From the human T2T-CHM13v2.0 reference genome, Homo sapiens: a stretch of DNA of 64,000 nucleotides. The position numbers and the translations under genes were made by a program. Shown here in pieces: positions 1-16,436 of this stretch. The stretch lies in the NCBI GenBank assembly GCA_009914755.4, contig CP068257.2, forward strand, positions 40,096,001 through 40,160,000, written 5' to 3'. The first letter of the stretch is position 1; each line of letters starts with the position of its first letter. The notes beneath the pieces were generated by a model. The model made no database searches. It saw nothing but the letters and a program-made list of their open reading frames with translations, and had not been told where the DNA came from.

Positions 1-2428
1 TCCTTCCCCAGAGCCTTCAGACGGAACACAGCCCCACACACACCTTGATTTCAGATGTCTGGTCTCCAGAACCATGAGAAAAAAAAATCTGTTGTTGAAT
101 TCACCCAGTTTGTAAAATTTGTGGCACCAGCCATGGGACACTCATGCAGAGGGTGACCTGCTTGGCTCCAATTTCTCAGAGTTGGGCACAAAATCAGCCA
201 CAACCCTGTGGTTGTGTCTGTTCTGAGCACAGGGATGCAGCCCACCCCTTCCTTTCCGCACTCTTCCCTGGGACAGCAGGGATCTGAGGAATTCCTCTAG
301 GGGCCTGGCTGCAGGAGGTCCCCGCTCCAAAGCCCAAAGGAGGCAGGTGGGAGTAAGTGAACAGGACGGGAAACGCCGAGCAGGAACCTGCATAGTACGG
401 GGGAGCCCCCAGGCCTGCCTACCGTCTCAACACCAGCATTTGGATTCCACTAGGAAGGAAAACAAGAAGACTGAAAAAGACAGAGAGGAGCAGGAGAGTG
501 TGCAAGGGACAGTCTCTGTCTTCCACATTGGCTGTTTGCCAGAGCATGGCCTGTTGGCACCCCTCGCTTGTTCATAGGTGGCTGACAACATAGCCATAAA
601 TCCACCTGTGCCAGTCCATGAATGGACAAAGGGCGAGAGATGACCCTGCTTCAGCCACAGAGGCCAGTGCTCAGACTCCAGCCAGCTGGAGGCCCCCAGG
701 CAGGTGAATGGGCTTGGGTTTCTAAGACCAACACAGAAATGCCCAGGTACACTGTGCTGCTTTTCTCTGGAGAAGAGAGAACGTCCCTTTCACCAAGTTA
801 TTATTTCTTCCTTTTAAAATTTGATTGTTATAACATTGTTTTAAAAGTCAAGTAGTGCTGCAAGGCTTGTGATAATAAACAGTTGTTATCACTGCACCTC
901 TTCCCACCTCCAGCTCCCTCCCCTGTGAGTCATCGGCCTTCAAGTCTCTCAGCTGTTTCTCTTGACCTTGACCTTCACACTTCCAACATGATTACAGTAC
1001 TATTCCTTTCGGTTTTATCTCACTTACACCACCACCTCCCACACACTCCCACCTATTCCACCTACCCAGCATCTTCACAACTTACACAGTTACACAATTC
1101 GCAACCTTTGGCCAAGTCAATATTTAGTTCTGATATTACTATGACCACCATAAATGTTGTCACAACTAAACCACTTAGGGAACTAGGATGGTCTTTTCTT
1201 TTTAGTACAACTTTTTGATTTTCCTGGGGTTAACAATTGCCTCATTTTTTCATAAACTTAATTTTTTTGTCTACTACTTACCAATTATCCCCCCCCCAAT
1301 TTTCTGATAGACCTATAAAAGTCCTCTCAACAAAGTCAAACATACTAAGTAATCATTCTTTTGTTGTTGCTTTGTTGTTGTTTGTCCTTCCCCTTGGAGA
1401 CATCCCCTCCAGAGCTCTCTGTCCTATTTGTATCTGGGCTGGCTGACCTCTTGGCTTGTGGCACAGCTCCCCCTTGAAAGTTCCCTTCAACTTCAGTGAG
1501 AATTCCTTCGTATTTTTCTGGTGCTAAATCTAATGTGTCCTGTGCCTCACATCTTTCTCTTTTGGGGTTTACTTCCTTGTGCAAGTGACACCCATACCAC
1601 AGGAACTTGCTGAGAAAGAATGCATGTGAGGTTCAATGATTTCATCTTGCATACCTTCAAACATCTTTGTTCTACCCTTACATTTGATTTTTCATTTATT
1701 ATTTGAAAATGTGGCTTGCCTTTTCAGTAAGGAAATTCATGTCCTGCAGGTCGGTATTGTTTTGTTTTGTCTTTTGGCATCTTTCTCCTCTTTCTGCTCG
1801 CTCTGAGTGCCAACTCCAGAGCTGGTCTGGCTCAATTTCTCTATAGTGTGCACTTCCTGAGTTCTCTTCAGTGAGGTGGATGAGTCATCTAGCCAGGTGG
1901 ATAACGAGGAAGTCTCAGGGACTAAGTGTCTCTGACAATACATTCAGCCACTACTTCAGTATGAAGCCAGCCCCTCATCCCCACCTTCAGAGACCCCTGG
2001 TGCCTCAGATTCCTCGGCCATTCTGGAGCTGCTGTGCCCGAGGCTTGTGTAGTTGGAGATCATTTTGGCAGTCAGTGCTGCTTCAGCTTTCACTGTTCTG
2101 CTGTGCCAGCACATCACCAGGGATCACCTTTGGCTGCATGAACCAGAACCCCATTCCAGGGCTCAACCAAACAGCACTTTAATTTTCTTACCCAAGCAAG
2201 CAGTCCTGGCTTGTACAGCCTCCCCAGGATGTCACCAGGACCCCAAGCTCCTTCTATCTTGCTGCTCTGCCATCCTGTGTCACTTTCTTCCTCATGGAGG
2301 CTTCCTGGTCACAGGACACCCACTCCACCTCCAGTCTCTTGTTCACAATCCAAGGAGATGGAAGGCAAGAAATGATGAGGAACCAGGGTGGCTGCAATGT
2401 CAGCAACAGTATTTCCCAGGATCTCTAG

Positions 2429-2736
<308 letters not shown>

Positions 2737-2900
2737 TGAGAACGTGGAGCCAGTGAAGCTCACACAAGTCACCAACGAGAATGCAAGATGCAATAGCCAC
2801 TTTGGAAAATAGGTGGGCAGTTTCTTATAAAGTTAAACAGATACTTAATGAATGACCCAGCAATCCTAATCCTGGATATTTACCCAAAAAGTAAAAACTA

Positions 2901-3278
<378 letters not shown>

Positions 3279-3743
3279 TCATAATCGTTCCAAACTGGAG
3301 ACAACCCAAATATCCATCAGCTGGGACGTGGATAAGCAAACAGTGGGGAACCCTAACAGCAGATATTATTGTTCAGCAACAAAAAGGAACCATCTACTGA
3401 CACAGCGACATGGATGAATCTCAGACGTGTTATGCTGAGTGAAAGATGCCAGACACCAAAAGCCACACGCTGAGATCCCATGGAGAGGACATTCTGGAAA
3501 AGGCAAAACTGTAGAGACAGGGAACAAATTGGTGGTTGCAGGGGCTGAGAGTGGGAGCTGGGAACTGGCTGCCAAGGAGTGTGGGGGTGGTTTGGGGGTG
3601 ATATAGATGTGGTCTATGTTTGGCTATGGTGGTGGTTACACAACTGTGACCACTTCGTCAAACTCATAGAACTTTGTCAAAACTCGTAGAACTGTACACT
3701 AAAACAATGAGTTTTACCGTATGTTGATTATATAACTCTATCT

Positions 3744-3987
3744 TTTTTTTTTAATAGGGTCTCATTCTATTGCTTGTCACCCAGCTCAAGCAATCCTCCC
3801 ACCCCAGACTTCCTGGTAGCTAGGACCTACAGGCGTGTGCCACTATGCCCAGCTAGTTTTAATTTTTTTGTAGAGATGAGGTCTTGCTATGTTGTCCAGA
3901 CTGGTCTCAAACTCCTGGCCTCAAATGATCCTCTCACCTCAGCCTCCTAAATTGCTGGAATTACAGGCATGAGCCACCTCGCCAGCC
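3744..3987 (-). mobile_element. Alu SINE (partial)
   Basis: A T-run followed by gggtctcattctattgcttgtcacccagctcaagcaatcctccc ... ggcatgagccacctcgccagcc. Confidence 0.8.
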
Positions 3988-4021
3988 TATATCTCAATAA
4001 GCCTGACTTTTAAAAGGTTTC

Positions 4022-4270
4022 AGGCTGGATGCAGTGGCTCACAAGACCAGCCTGCACAACATGGGGAGACCCCATATCCAGAAAATGTTTTTAAACTATT
4101 AGCCGGGCGTGGTGGTATGCACCTGTAGACCCAGCTACTGGAGAGGCTAAGGCAAGAGGATCACATGAGCCCAGGGTTTTCAGGCCACAGTGAGCCATGA
4201 TCATGCAACTACACTCCAGCCTGGATGACAGAGCAAGACCCCATCTCTAAAAAATAAAGGGAAAATAAAA
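4022..4270 (+). mobile_element. Alu SINE with an internal deletion
   Basis: ggctggatgcagtggctcac ... ccagcctggatgacagagcaagaccccatctctaaaaaataaa. Confidence 0.8.
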
Positions 4271-5959
4271 TTGTAAAAGGTTTCAATCAACAAACTTGTG
4301 GAATACTGAATACCACACCGCTATTTATTGACACCCTGATCATGTGGGTTTAGTCAAGGCCCTGAAAAGTCCTGCAGTTCATTTAACCAAGAGTATTATC
4401 CTTCAAGCTTTTTTCCAAGTGACAACAAAAAGGAACCATCTTGATGTACTGGCAAGCATCAAGCAAGATGATCTGGAATGTCTCCCTCCGCACAAATAGT
4501 CTGTGACTGTAAAGTGGTTTGGGCCAATGGCCTCCCTGAAGGAGGCTCTGGGAAGTGGGAATCAGACCTTGTGTTTAGGTTTCTTTGCGGAGAGCCGCCT
4601 CCTCTCCTCGTTCACGTGCTGACTCAGGTCTTCTCCAGCCCAGGAAACATGGAGGGAGGGAGCAGACCACATGTATGTCCACACCCTTAGAAAACAGTGG
4701 CTCCCACAAAGGGAGAGAGGCTGAGCCCCAGTCCTGTGGATGGTTGCTGCCCAGCCCTGGGAGGCTGGTGGCAGACACGCCCTGGGAGGCTGGTGGCAGC
4801 CAAGGGACCAGACCCTCTCAGCCCGTGGCCCCGCCATCAAGGCTGTCACTGGTGTGTCACTTCCTCATGGGCTAAGCACTGCTCATCCATTTCTAGTTTG
4901 GCCTTCACAAGTGCCCCTTGAGGCAGTGTGGCGTCATGTCCATGTGTCATGACATGTGGCAAAGCCGCTCACCACCGACCAACAGGCCTCCCAGGAGTCA
5001 GGAGTCCAGTACCAGATGGGGCAGAACCATCCTTCCCAAGGTCTGGGCCATCTGTCCTTCGAGTCCGAGCAGCGCAGGGCCCAAACCCTCGAGTCACTTC
5101 CCATTTCCACACCCTTCCAGGTGTTTAGGGAGACAGCTACAACTCAGCCCCCGGGGAAGCACTCACCAGGAACTCCAGCAGGAAAGGAGGGCGGCCAGCC
5201 AGCGTGTGGGTGCCTTCTCCTCCAGCTCCACTAGCAGCAAATCATGCTGGCCTTGTCCCTCCCTCTGCCTCACCCCCAGCCTCCTGCTGCCCGGTCCAGA
5301 TGCTAAAAATAGCCCCAACCTGCATTCAGAATCCAGCACATCATACCTTCCACAGCAGGCATCTGCACCGTTGACAGTGGAGGCCACTGTGACTCCACCA
5401 CCTCCCCAACACAGCCTTCCACCAGCCATGGCAGAGGGAGCTTGCAAAACCAGAGGGTGGGTGCAAGAACTCACGCCCTCTCCAAACGCTTTCCAGAGGT
5501 AGGCCAGGCGGCCAATGGTTGCACCTGAGGCCCAGGAGAGGAACTGACCTCACTGGCTTTGTAAACGCCATGATATTCAAGTTCTCACGTTTCCTATTTC
5601 TGAGCAAGCCAAATCAATGTCAACATACATGAAATACATCTATGAATGTGGTCTACAAAGAGATTCTTTATTTTGCAAGACAAGTCCATAGCAAGCAAAT
5701 CTTTTGAGTCCTGAAAATATATTGTTTTTCAAAATTCCGAGTGACGTGCAACTATTTCATAAACTGGAGCACATGATCGGGTGTACTATTACCCCTTCCT
5801 CTAGGTGGTATTTCAAAGGGTACGTATTTCCCCCACCCTTCATGAATTAACTCCTTGTTTTACTTTCCTAGGGCGGCAGTCACAAGATACCACAGACTGG
5901 GTGGCTGAAAACACAGAAATGCGTTCTTTGGCAGTTCTGGAAGCTATCATGGAATCCTG

Positions 5960-6360
5960 AAATCAAGGTGTGTCCCGGATGTCTCCAGGGAGAACCGTTC
6001 CAGGCCTCTCCCTGCTCCTGGTGTCAGCTGGCACTGCCAGGCTTCCTGGCCTCTCCCTGCTCCTGGTGTCAGCTGGCACTGCCAGGCGTCCCTCGGCTTG
6101 TAAGGGCGTCACTCCCGTTGCAGGCCGTCTTCTCCTTGCCCCTTTACTTCACCTTCCCTCAGTGTGTGTCTATGTCTGTATCCAAATTTCTCCTTTTTGA
6201 AAGGACACCAGTCATGCTGCACTAGGGTCCCTGCTAATGACCTCATTTTAATCAGTTACTCTGTAAAGGTCTTATCTCCAAGCACGGTCACATTCTAGGG
6301 GACTGGGAATCAGGACCCCAACATACCTGTTTTGGGGGGACACAATTCAACCCTAACACT
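5960..6360. repeat. Ancient LTR-like interspersed repeat (MaLR/MLT-type; family name uncertain) containing the 45-bp tandem duplication
   Basis: It ends with the characteristic ...gaaaggacaccagtcatgctgcactagggtccctgctaatgacctcattttaat...ggtcacattctaggggactggg...ggggggacacaattcaaccctaacac tail that I recognise from many mammalian copies. Confidence 0.45.
6004..6093. repeat. Tandem duplication of a 45-bp unit (gcctctccctgctcctggtgtcagctggcactgccaggc[t/g]tcc)
   Basis: Two adjacent near-identical copies. They produce the duplicated peptides in the ORFs at 5968-6225. Confidence 0.85.
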
Positions 6361-6760
6361 CCCATTTTCTAATAGAAGAGGAGAGGGGAGGGAAGGAGGG
6401 AAGGGGGAAGGGGCCGGAGACCTCGGCAGGAGGGAGGGAGAAGCCAGCCTGCCGCCCTGCGCGCACCGGCTGTGTTTCTGTGCGTTGTGCTTTTGTTCTG
6501 CATGCTGGGCGGGCGGAACAGGGTGCTGGCATCCAGGCTCACCCAGAGGGGAGGGGGACCTGCAGGGGGAGGGGAGCACTCAGGGGATCAGGGGAGGAGA
6601 GTGTGGGCCAGGTGACCTGCCAGGCGAGAGAAAATCGGGGAATCCGCACAGCATTTTCAGACAGCCTGACAGCAGCCGCTCGCTCCCCTCTGAGCCCCAG
6701 CCCCCAGCAAGCGGGCCTCTGGCCCCAGGTCTGGGAGCGGCGTGGAAGTAGACCTTGGCT
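6330..6760. other. G-rich, G-quadruplex-prone block (GGGAGGGGAGGGAAGGAGGGAAGGGGGAAGGGG at 6378-6412 and GGGGAGGGGGACCTGCAGGGGGAGGGGAGCACTCAGGGGATCAGGGGAGG at 6546-6600)
   Basis: Multiple runs of 3 or more G with short loops on the plus strand, within a GC-rich region containing several CpGs. Confidence 0.6.
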
Positions 6761-7229
6761 CTCCCTCCCCGGCAGCACCCCACCTCCCTTTGTCTCTCCA
6801 GCCAGAGGTGGGCCTGTGGGGATGCTAATCTCAGAGCCACCTCTCCATCTAAGGTTGCTAGAAATTCGGCAAACAAAAGATAGATTTAGAGAACAAAAAA
6901 ATTTAAAAAAAATAATATGGCCGGTTAAATGTGAGTTTCAATTTCCAATAAATAAATGTTGCCTGGGATATGCTTATATCAAAAACTTACGTGTCACTTA
7001 CCTAGCATTTGCATTTCACTGGGCCTCCTAAATTCTGTGTGGTAACCGACTGCCACCGGACATGCTGTTTACTTCTCTATCCTCACGCAGCCAGTTGCCA
7101 CATTCAACATAACACTGCAAATATTGCCGGTGGATCCTGACTTCCTCGTGGACCCTACTGTGTCGGGAAAAACAAACAAACGAACCCTGGAAGGAAACAC
7201 CATGAGTTGTTAGTAGTGCCTGTCTCTGA

Positions 7230-7604
<375 letters not shown>

Positions 7605-8425
7605 TAATTGTTTTCAACCAACACGTATATCCCAGAAAATGTTTTAATGATTAAAATAAAACAATTGCCCTCTCCTCCTTGGAGCCCCATCCACAAGAGC
7701 AGCTTCTGCAGATGTGGGAAGGAGAAGACTTTGTACCTGGGTCCCAGGCCACGTGAATAATTAACCCTGTCTAGGGAGCCTTGGAGGTCTGATGAGGCCA
7801 GGGCTTGAAGGAGAGCCGCGGAGCACGCCAGGATCCAGGCTTGTGGGTAGCAGCATCCCTGGAAATGGTCCCCAGTGGGGGAGGAACCAGTAGCCATCAC
7901 CTCCAACCCCCAGCCACCGCCCCGCGCCATGTGAGTGAGGTGGCATCTGGTTTTCCACACACACCTCCCCATGTCGCTGGACGCAGGCAAGGCCACCCAA
8001 CCCCCAAGCCAGAGTCACCCGGACAGACGGATACTAGGCACCTTAGCACTTCCATGGCCAGAGGCCTCCTGAGGTGGGAACCGGGTCCTAGCCCATCCCA
8101 GGCCATCCCCTCCAGGACCTTCCTGGAGGAGCGGGGAGACCAGACTTAGAGGAAGGCTCCATGTCCCAGGTCCAGACAGGGGTGAGGGGGAAGAGGGGTG
8201 AGCACCTGTGTTAGGCACTTTGAACTCTCCAGGTCAGGTGACTGCATCCAGCTGAGACTCCTGGCCTCCCTCCAGCGTGGAATGAGCAGCCGGTCCTGTC
8301 CCGTCCACCCCTCCAGTGCTGCGGAACAGAACGGGAATGGCAAGTCCCCATGTGCTGTCTCCCCGCCCTTCTACAGCACCGGTGGCACAAATGCTGGGGA
8401 CAGTGCCGGCCCCACTCACAGGAGA

Positions 8426-8619
8426 GCTGCTGGGCTGGCTCCAAGGCTCCTCCGTCCATGGCTGCTGGGCTGGCTCGGAGGCTGCCTCCGTCCATGGTCT
8501 CTGCAGTGGACAGTCTGTGTCACGCCTCCATCTGTGGTCTTTGCAGTGGACAGTCTGTGTGACGCCTCCTCCGTCCATGGTTTTTGCAGTGGACAGTCTG
8601 TGTCATGCCTCCATCCATG
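8426..8619. repeat. Minisatellite of about 5 tandem units of 35-43 bp (gctgctgggctggctc..ctccgtccatg and ggtctctgcagtggacagtctgtgtcacgcctcc variants)
   Basis: Tandem near-identical units are visible by eye. They produce near-identical peptides across several ORF-track entries in the 8200-8700 region. Confidence 0.8.
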
Positions 8620-11600
8620 TCTTCCAGCAACACCACCTCACTCTGCTTTACACAATCACTCCACCTCCGTGTAATGCCCAACCTTGTTTTTCCTTTATTC
8701 ACCTAGCCTTGCTTCTCCCTTAGCTGAGAGAGTCACACAAACTCCATCTTGGCTCTTTCACCGGCAGCCCCTTCCTCAAGGACTTAACTTGTGCAAGCTG
8801 ACTCCCAGCACATCCAAGAATGCAGTTAACTGATAAGATACTGTGGCGAGCTAGATCCGCAGTTCCCAGGAATTTGTCCGAATGATAACGCCCGAAGCCC
8901 CGCGTCTATCACCTTGTAATAGTCTTAAAGCCCCTGCACCTGGAACTGTTTACTTTCCTGTAACCATTTGTCCTTTTAACTTTTTGACTACTTAACTTCT
9001 GTAAAATTGTTCTAACTAGACCCCCCTCCCCTTCCTAAACCAAGATGTAAAAGTTAATCAAGCCCCTTCCTCGGGGCCAAGAGAATTTTGAGCGTTAGCT
9101 GTCTCTTGGTTGCCAGCTAATAGAGGACTCCTAATTCATCTCAAAGTGTGGCGTTTTTCTAACTCGCTCAGGTACAACATCCCCACATGCCCTGCCCCCG
9201 CTTTGTATGCACACAGCACACACCTGTGCACATACAAACATCTGCTTTCACACATGGACACACTCACTGAGGTGAAGAGGCACACTCAGGCACACACACA
9301 CTCACATTTGGTACATGCAGCTCCTGAGGGGCAAGGCTGAGCTCCTTCTCAGGAACGGACACAAGACTGAGGGCTGGGTCACTCAGATACTTTGCCCCTC
9401 GGGCCCCACGGATTGATTTAGGGGTGAACTGTGAATCCCTGGGAGATTCCTTCCTGCCACGCATTCCTGCTGATGGGAAACAAAGCGGTCTTTGAGGGAT
9501 GCTGGAGGAGGCAGCAGTTTGTGATAAAGAGCTGTGAGAGGAGAAGCCCCTTTGCCACCTGCCCTCCTTTGTGCATTGGATGTTGTCCTCAATGGACGTG
9601 ATGCCTGGAGTCCCTGCAGCCATCTTGCCTCCATGGGGCAAGCCAGGAAAACCTCACCGACTTAATGGCTTCCCTCCAGCCTTTCCAAAGCCTTGCTCTG
9701 GTCTCAGAGAGTTAGGAATTCTGTCACTTAAGGCCCAGAGCATCCTGCTGCTCCCTTCACTCCAGAACCAGAGCCACACGGCTAACAGGCAAAGGGTCAG
9801 GAACATAGCCCGTGTTTTCTGCTCTCGGCACTTGGTCATTCTGCATAGAATTTGGCTCCAAGGCCTGGCCTGACACCTTCGCACCAAGGTGCCGTAAATG
9901 AAACCTTTACTCCTGAGACTTCCTCACCTCTGCGTTCCCAGGGATCCACAATCTTCTATTTGTAAAATGATTCCCGGTTGTCATGGAGACCAGGGCACCG
10001 CAGTGGAGCTGGAATGTTAGGTGGGGTCCAAGGTTCAGTCCTGGGGGTAGGGAGTGGGGCAGGCAGCTTCACTGGGCCCTTTATCTGCCTGATTCTCATC
10101 TTTCTTACACAATAGTCTACTCATTATTCCTTCCCTAAGGGCCAGGACACAGGCCTGCCTGGGGTTACAGTCCCTGTCTTTACAAGTCCTCTCCTTCTGG
10201 CTCTTGGGCGTGCCTGAGCTCAAAGGAGCCTCCAAGCAAACTTGGCAGGGGGTGTCCCCCAGGGCAGAGGTGGGGCTGGCTCAGCACCCCCAGAAACCAC
10301 AAGGTGGGGGCGGAGGATCCTGCACCTGACCTTCACCTTCGTGTGGATTAGATCAGAGCAGAAGTTCTATTTCTGGAACTGTCAGACCTGCTGACCTCCA
10401 GTCAATGGCAGAGGCAGGAAGGCAGGCAGAAATACAAGATGCAGCTCTTGTTACACCTCCTGCACAGACCAACCTAGTCTCGGCTCCACACAGCCACTCA
10501 CTCTTTCACTCAACACGTGTTTCCGAGCATCTTCTATGTGCCTTTTCTCTATCATCAGATGGGGGCCCCTGCGGTGGGCAGAATAACGGCCACTGCAAAG
10601 ATGCCAAATCTTATCCCCAGAGCTTCCGCAGAGATCCTGCAGATGTGATTCGAGTCTTCCAGCAACACCACCTCACTCTGCTTTGCACAATCACTCCACC
10701 TCCCCACATGTTGCGGAGATTCTCCTGGGTCAGTCGGGGGGTCCAGTGTCATCCTAGGGTCCTTATGAGAGGGAGGAAGGGAGGCGGAGGAGGAGATGCA
10801 AGGATGAAGCGAAGGTTGGAGTGATGTGGTCTGCTGCGGGGACCCTGAGGCGTGCAGGCGGCCTCTGGAAGCTGAAAAGACAGGAAGGCAGCTTCTCCCC
10901 TGAGCCTCCAGAAGAACCCGGCCCTGCTGACACTGGCCCAGGAGCCCCTTCCCCCATCAGGGCCTGGAGAGGGAAGAAATGACTGTTCACAGATTTTACC
11001 CCGCAAGACCCATTTCAGCATTCTGATTTTGAGAACCATAAGACAGTGTGTGTTGTTTAAGCCTCCAAGTCTGTGGATATTCATTACAGCAGCCTTGGGA
11101 AACTGACACCACCTCCCCCTAATCCTCCCTCCCGCCCCCACCTACACCTGAACCCTCCCCTTGCTCTTCTCTGCCGATTCACAGGGATTCACACTCTTCC
11201 TACTTGCAGCTGTGACACGGGAAACATCCTCCACCAGGTCTTCTCTCACAGTGTGGCCTCTGCGCACAGGTTATCCACCTGTAGACCTGGACGGGACCCT
11301 CGAGGCTCCCTACTCTGACCATCTGGTTTTATAGTTGAGGAACCAGAAGCCGAGGCAGGTAACTTGGTGCAGCCTAAAGGCCTCCATCCCTCCAGTGCCC
11401 ACAACTTAGGTGCCCACGACAACAACACTGGCCTACCGCAAAGACCCAGCCCAGAGGAACAAGGTGCCACTGTATGTCTGAAAAGGGGGCCCTCGGCCTC
11501 ACTGGGGAGCACCTTCCTCCATCAGGGTCTCGACGGTGAAGAAGCAGGCTGTTTCCATCTTCAGGATACAAGCCATCTGCGCATAGGAAGAGGGTCCAGA

Positions 11601-12104
11601 GGCTCATCTGGAATCCCTCCTCACTCACTGGACGGAGGACCTGACCCCGTTCCCATCATTGGTTCTGAATCCATCAGCCCAGCAAGACAGGTGTCTCCAG
11701 CAAGTTCTGTAAAATACAACCATAGCCGGGCCTGGAGTCAGCCCCCAATAAAGGGTTCACCATGGAGTCAAAGCTTCCTTCACATTGGGAAGAGCCTGAT
11801 GATGCCGCCTTGGTGCCACCCGTGCAGGCCGTGTTCCACTTCTGTCATGGGCTGGAGAGAAAAGAGCGACATGGACCTGTTCATGAAAGGCTCTTCCCGC
11901 AACACCAAGCCTGGGGCCTGCAGGGCCGCCATGAAGAAAGGTGGCTCCTGCTTGGCAGAGAGAAAAGGGGAGGGAGGGCAGGTGAGTCACCAGCATTGGG
12001 CCCCTCAGCCCAGGCTGCCAAGGCAGCCCAGTGGAACCTGTCCCCATACAGCATGTTTTTAGTTTGAATGGTTTTACAGTGTTGGAGCTGTAACTTTACA
12101 AATT

Positions 12105-12945
<841 letters not shown>

Positions 12946-13149
12946 GTAATTATGATCAAGACCAACCCCTCATTTTGCAGAAGAGAACAAGGCCTGAGAA
13001 GGGAGCCAGCTGGCCCCAGCCTCACAGCACTGCCACCACACGCAGGCCAGCGCTCAGCCACAGTGGCTCCCCCAAACTTGGACCATGAGGCACCTGCTGG
13101 CACCCCTCACCTGGCCTGTTCCAAAGCACTATCTGAGGCTGGCTGTTTG

Positions 13150-13400
13150 CTTTGCTTTTGTAACTCTAGAAGAGCTACAAGCAAACATAGCTTTAATCAG
13201 CATTTACGGTGTGCAGGAGCATCTTTCCTTTAACTCTGCAGAAGGATTCGTGCCCTGTGGATGCCGTAACAAACTATCACAAACCCACAAGTCAGGAATC
13301 AAGGTGTGGGCAGGGTGGGTTCCTCCTGGAGGCTCTGAAGGCATGTCTCTTCTGTGCCCCTCTCCAGCTTCTGGTGGTCACTTCCAATCCATCAGGAAGC
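13150..13400. repeat. Second copy of the same LTR-like repeat segment (about 88-90% identical to 12105-12335), about 1.05 kb downstream in direct orientation
   Basis: tttgctttgcttttgtaactctagaagagctacaagcaaacatagctttaatcagcatttacggtgtgcaggagcatctttcc...ggttcctcctggaggctctgaagg aligns base-for-base with 12105-12335. Confidence 0.5.
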
Positions 13401-13602
13401 CATGGGACAGAGCGGCAAGAACCTCAGCGTCAGAGCCCAGGGTCTCTACCCTGGCTCTGCCCCCTTGGGTGTCATTCAGCCTCTTTGCCGCAGGGTCTCC
13501 AAAGTCTCTGCCTGCAAAATGTGCACAGAATATCTCCTGTGTGTGGCCATAACCACAGTTCACAGAGATAATGTCCTTTGCCCTGCATGAGATTAACCCT
13601 CA

Positions 13603-13986
<384 letters not shown>

Positions 13987-14259
13987 TCAGGGCGACCCTC
14001 CCTGTGAGGACAAGGTCAAGAACATCAGATCCTGGAGGTTGCAGGCTGCCCACTTGCAGACCTGGAAGCAGAGGAGGAGCACAGGCTCCCAGGGACACTC
14101 AGAGGGGGTCCTGGAGGGAGTCTTTCTGCAGGATGGGGGTGAGGGGGCTCCTCAAAGCCTCCCTACTTTGACGGATGGCATCTGTCGAGGGAGCTGCTAC
14201 ATCCACAGCCAAACAGCAGGGAACAGGACAGTGTGGGGGCTACGTTTCAGCAGCAATGA

Positions 14260-15052
14260 TTTTTTTTATTTTTTGGTAACAGCTTTATTGAGATATAATT
14301 CATCCACCATAGTAACCACGTAAAGTGTCCAATTCAATGGCTTTTACAATATTCAGTAGTGCAACTATCAACATGGTCAATTTTACTACACTTTTATCAC
14401 CTCAAAAGAAAGCCCATATACTTCAGCTAGCACCCCACAGTTCCTCCATGTCCCACCAGCCTCTGGCAACCATCAGTCTTCTTTCAGTCTCTATGGATCT
14501 GCCTATCTGGGTCATTTTCTATACACGGAATCATATCATCGGTGATCTTTGTGTCTGGCTTCTGTCACTGAGCACAGTGTTTTCAAGGTTCATCTACATT
14601 GTAGTGTGTGTCAGTGCTTTGTTCCTGGCTGAGTAATACTCCACTGTATGGATGGGCCACATTTATGTATCCCTCCCTCAGTTGGTGGACACTTAGGTTA
14701 TTTCCACCTTTTGGCTATTAGAAATAGGAATGCTATGAACATTCACATGCAAGTCTTTGTGTGGACATATGCTTTCATTTCTCTTGGGTATAAACCCAGG
14801 AATGGAACGGCTGGGTCATGTGGCAATTCTATGCTTAACTTAGTTGGGAGACAGGCACTGCAATCATTTTACATTTTCATGGATAGCATCCAAGGGCTCC
14901 AATTTCTCCACATCTTCTCCAGCTCTTGCTATTGTCTGACTTTTTGATTATAGACAGCACAGTGGGTGTGAGATGGCATCTCATTGTGGTTTTGATTTGC
15001 ATTTCCCTAACAACTAACAACGGTGAGCATCTTTTAATGAGCTTGTTGGCCG
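14260..15052 (+). mobile_element. L1 (LINE-1, older L1M/L1P-type) 3'-region fragment
   Basis: cagctttattgagatataattca...ggctgagtaatactccactgtatggatg...ttggctattagaaataggaatgctatgaacattcacatgcaagtctttgtgtggacatatgctttcatttctcttgggtataaacccaggaatggaa..ctgggtcatgtgg...gtgtgagatggcatctcattgtggttttgatttgcatttccctaa matches the well-known L1 ORF2-3' consensus. Confidence 0.75.
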
Positions 15053-15627
15053 AGAAAGCTGCAATGATTTTGAACACAGTCAGGTAAACTTGGAGGCAAC
15101 AGGGTGTTGGGGTAACGGCTGAAACCCTGGAGGCAGGAGGCCTGGCTTTCCGTGTTTGTTCCAGCACTTAGCTGGTGGGTGATCTGAGTCAATAATGACT
15201 TTCTGAGCTTCCTGGTGAGGAAAGCCAGAAAAATAACACTAAACCCCCGGAGTGTCGAGGTGAACTTTTCCTCTTACTCATAATGTAGGTCTAGTACCTG
15301 GTACCAAAAAGTTGCTTCCTAAGTAGCTATTGCTGTTTATTGTGAAGCAAATGAGGTTTAGAAGCGCTGGCAGTGACGAGGCTTATGTCCCAGTTTTCAG
15401 CAACTGCTCAGGTTGCTTCAGAAAGATCCCAAATCACAGACACCTGTACTCACTTTCTGTTGCTACATAACAAGTTACCCCAAATATTGCCGCCTGCAAC
15501 GCCCATTGATTGGCTCACAGTTCTGCAGCCCAGCAGGGCTGGATTCTCCACTCAGGGTTCTTTGAGGGTAGAATTCGGATGTCGGCCCAGCTGCATTCTT
15601 GTTGAGAGGCTCTGCAGAGAGTCCATG

Positions 15628-16436
<809 letters not shown>

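Noticed and set aside
4918-5502. 194-aa plus-strand ORF in the downstream intergenic region
   Set aside because: It is Pro/Ser/Arg-rich with no recognisable domain, overlaps equally long ORFs in other frames, and has no splice or promoter context. It is a GC-composition artefact.
8700-9180. Possible ERV LTR (..gcccctgcacctggaactgtttactttcctgtaacc..ctcaggtacaaca)
   Set aside because: There is a suggestive U5-like ending, but I cannot match it to a family from memory. It is left unannotated pending a RepeatMasker search.
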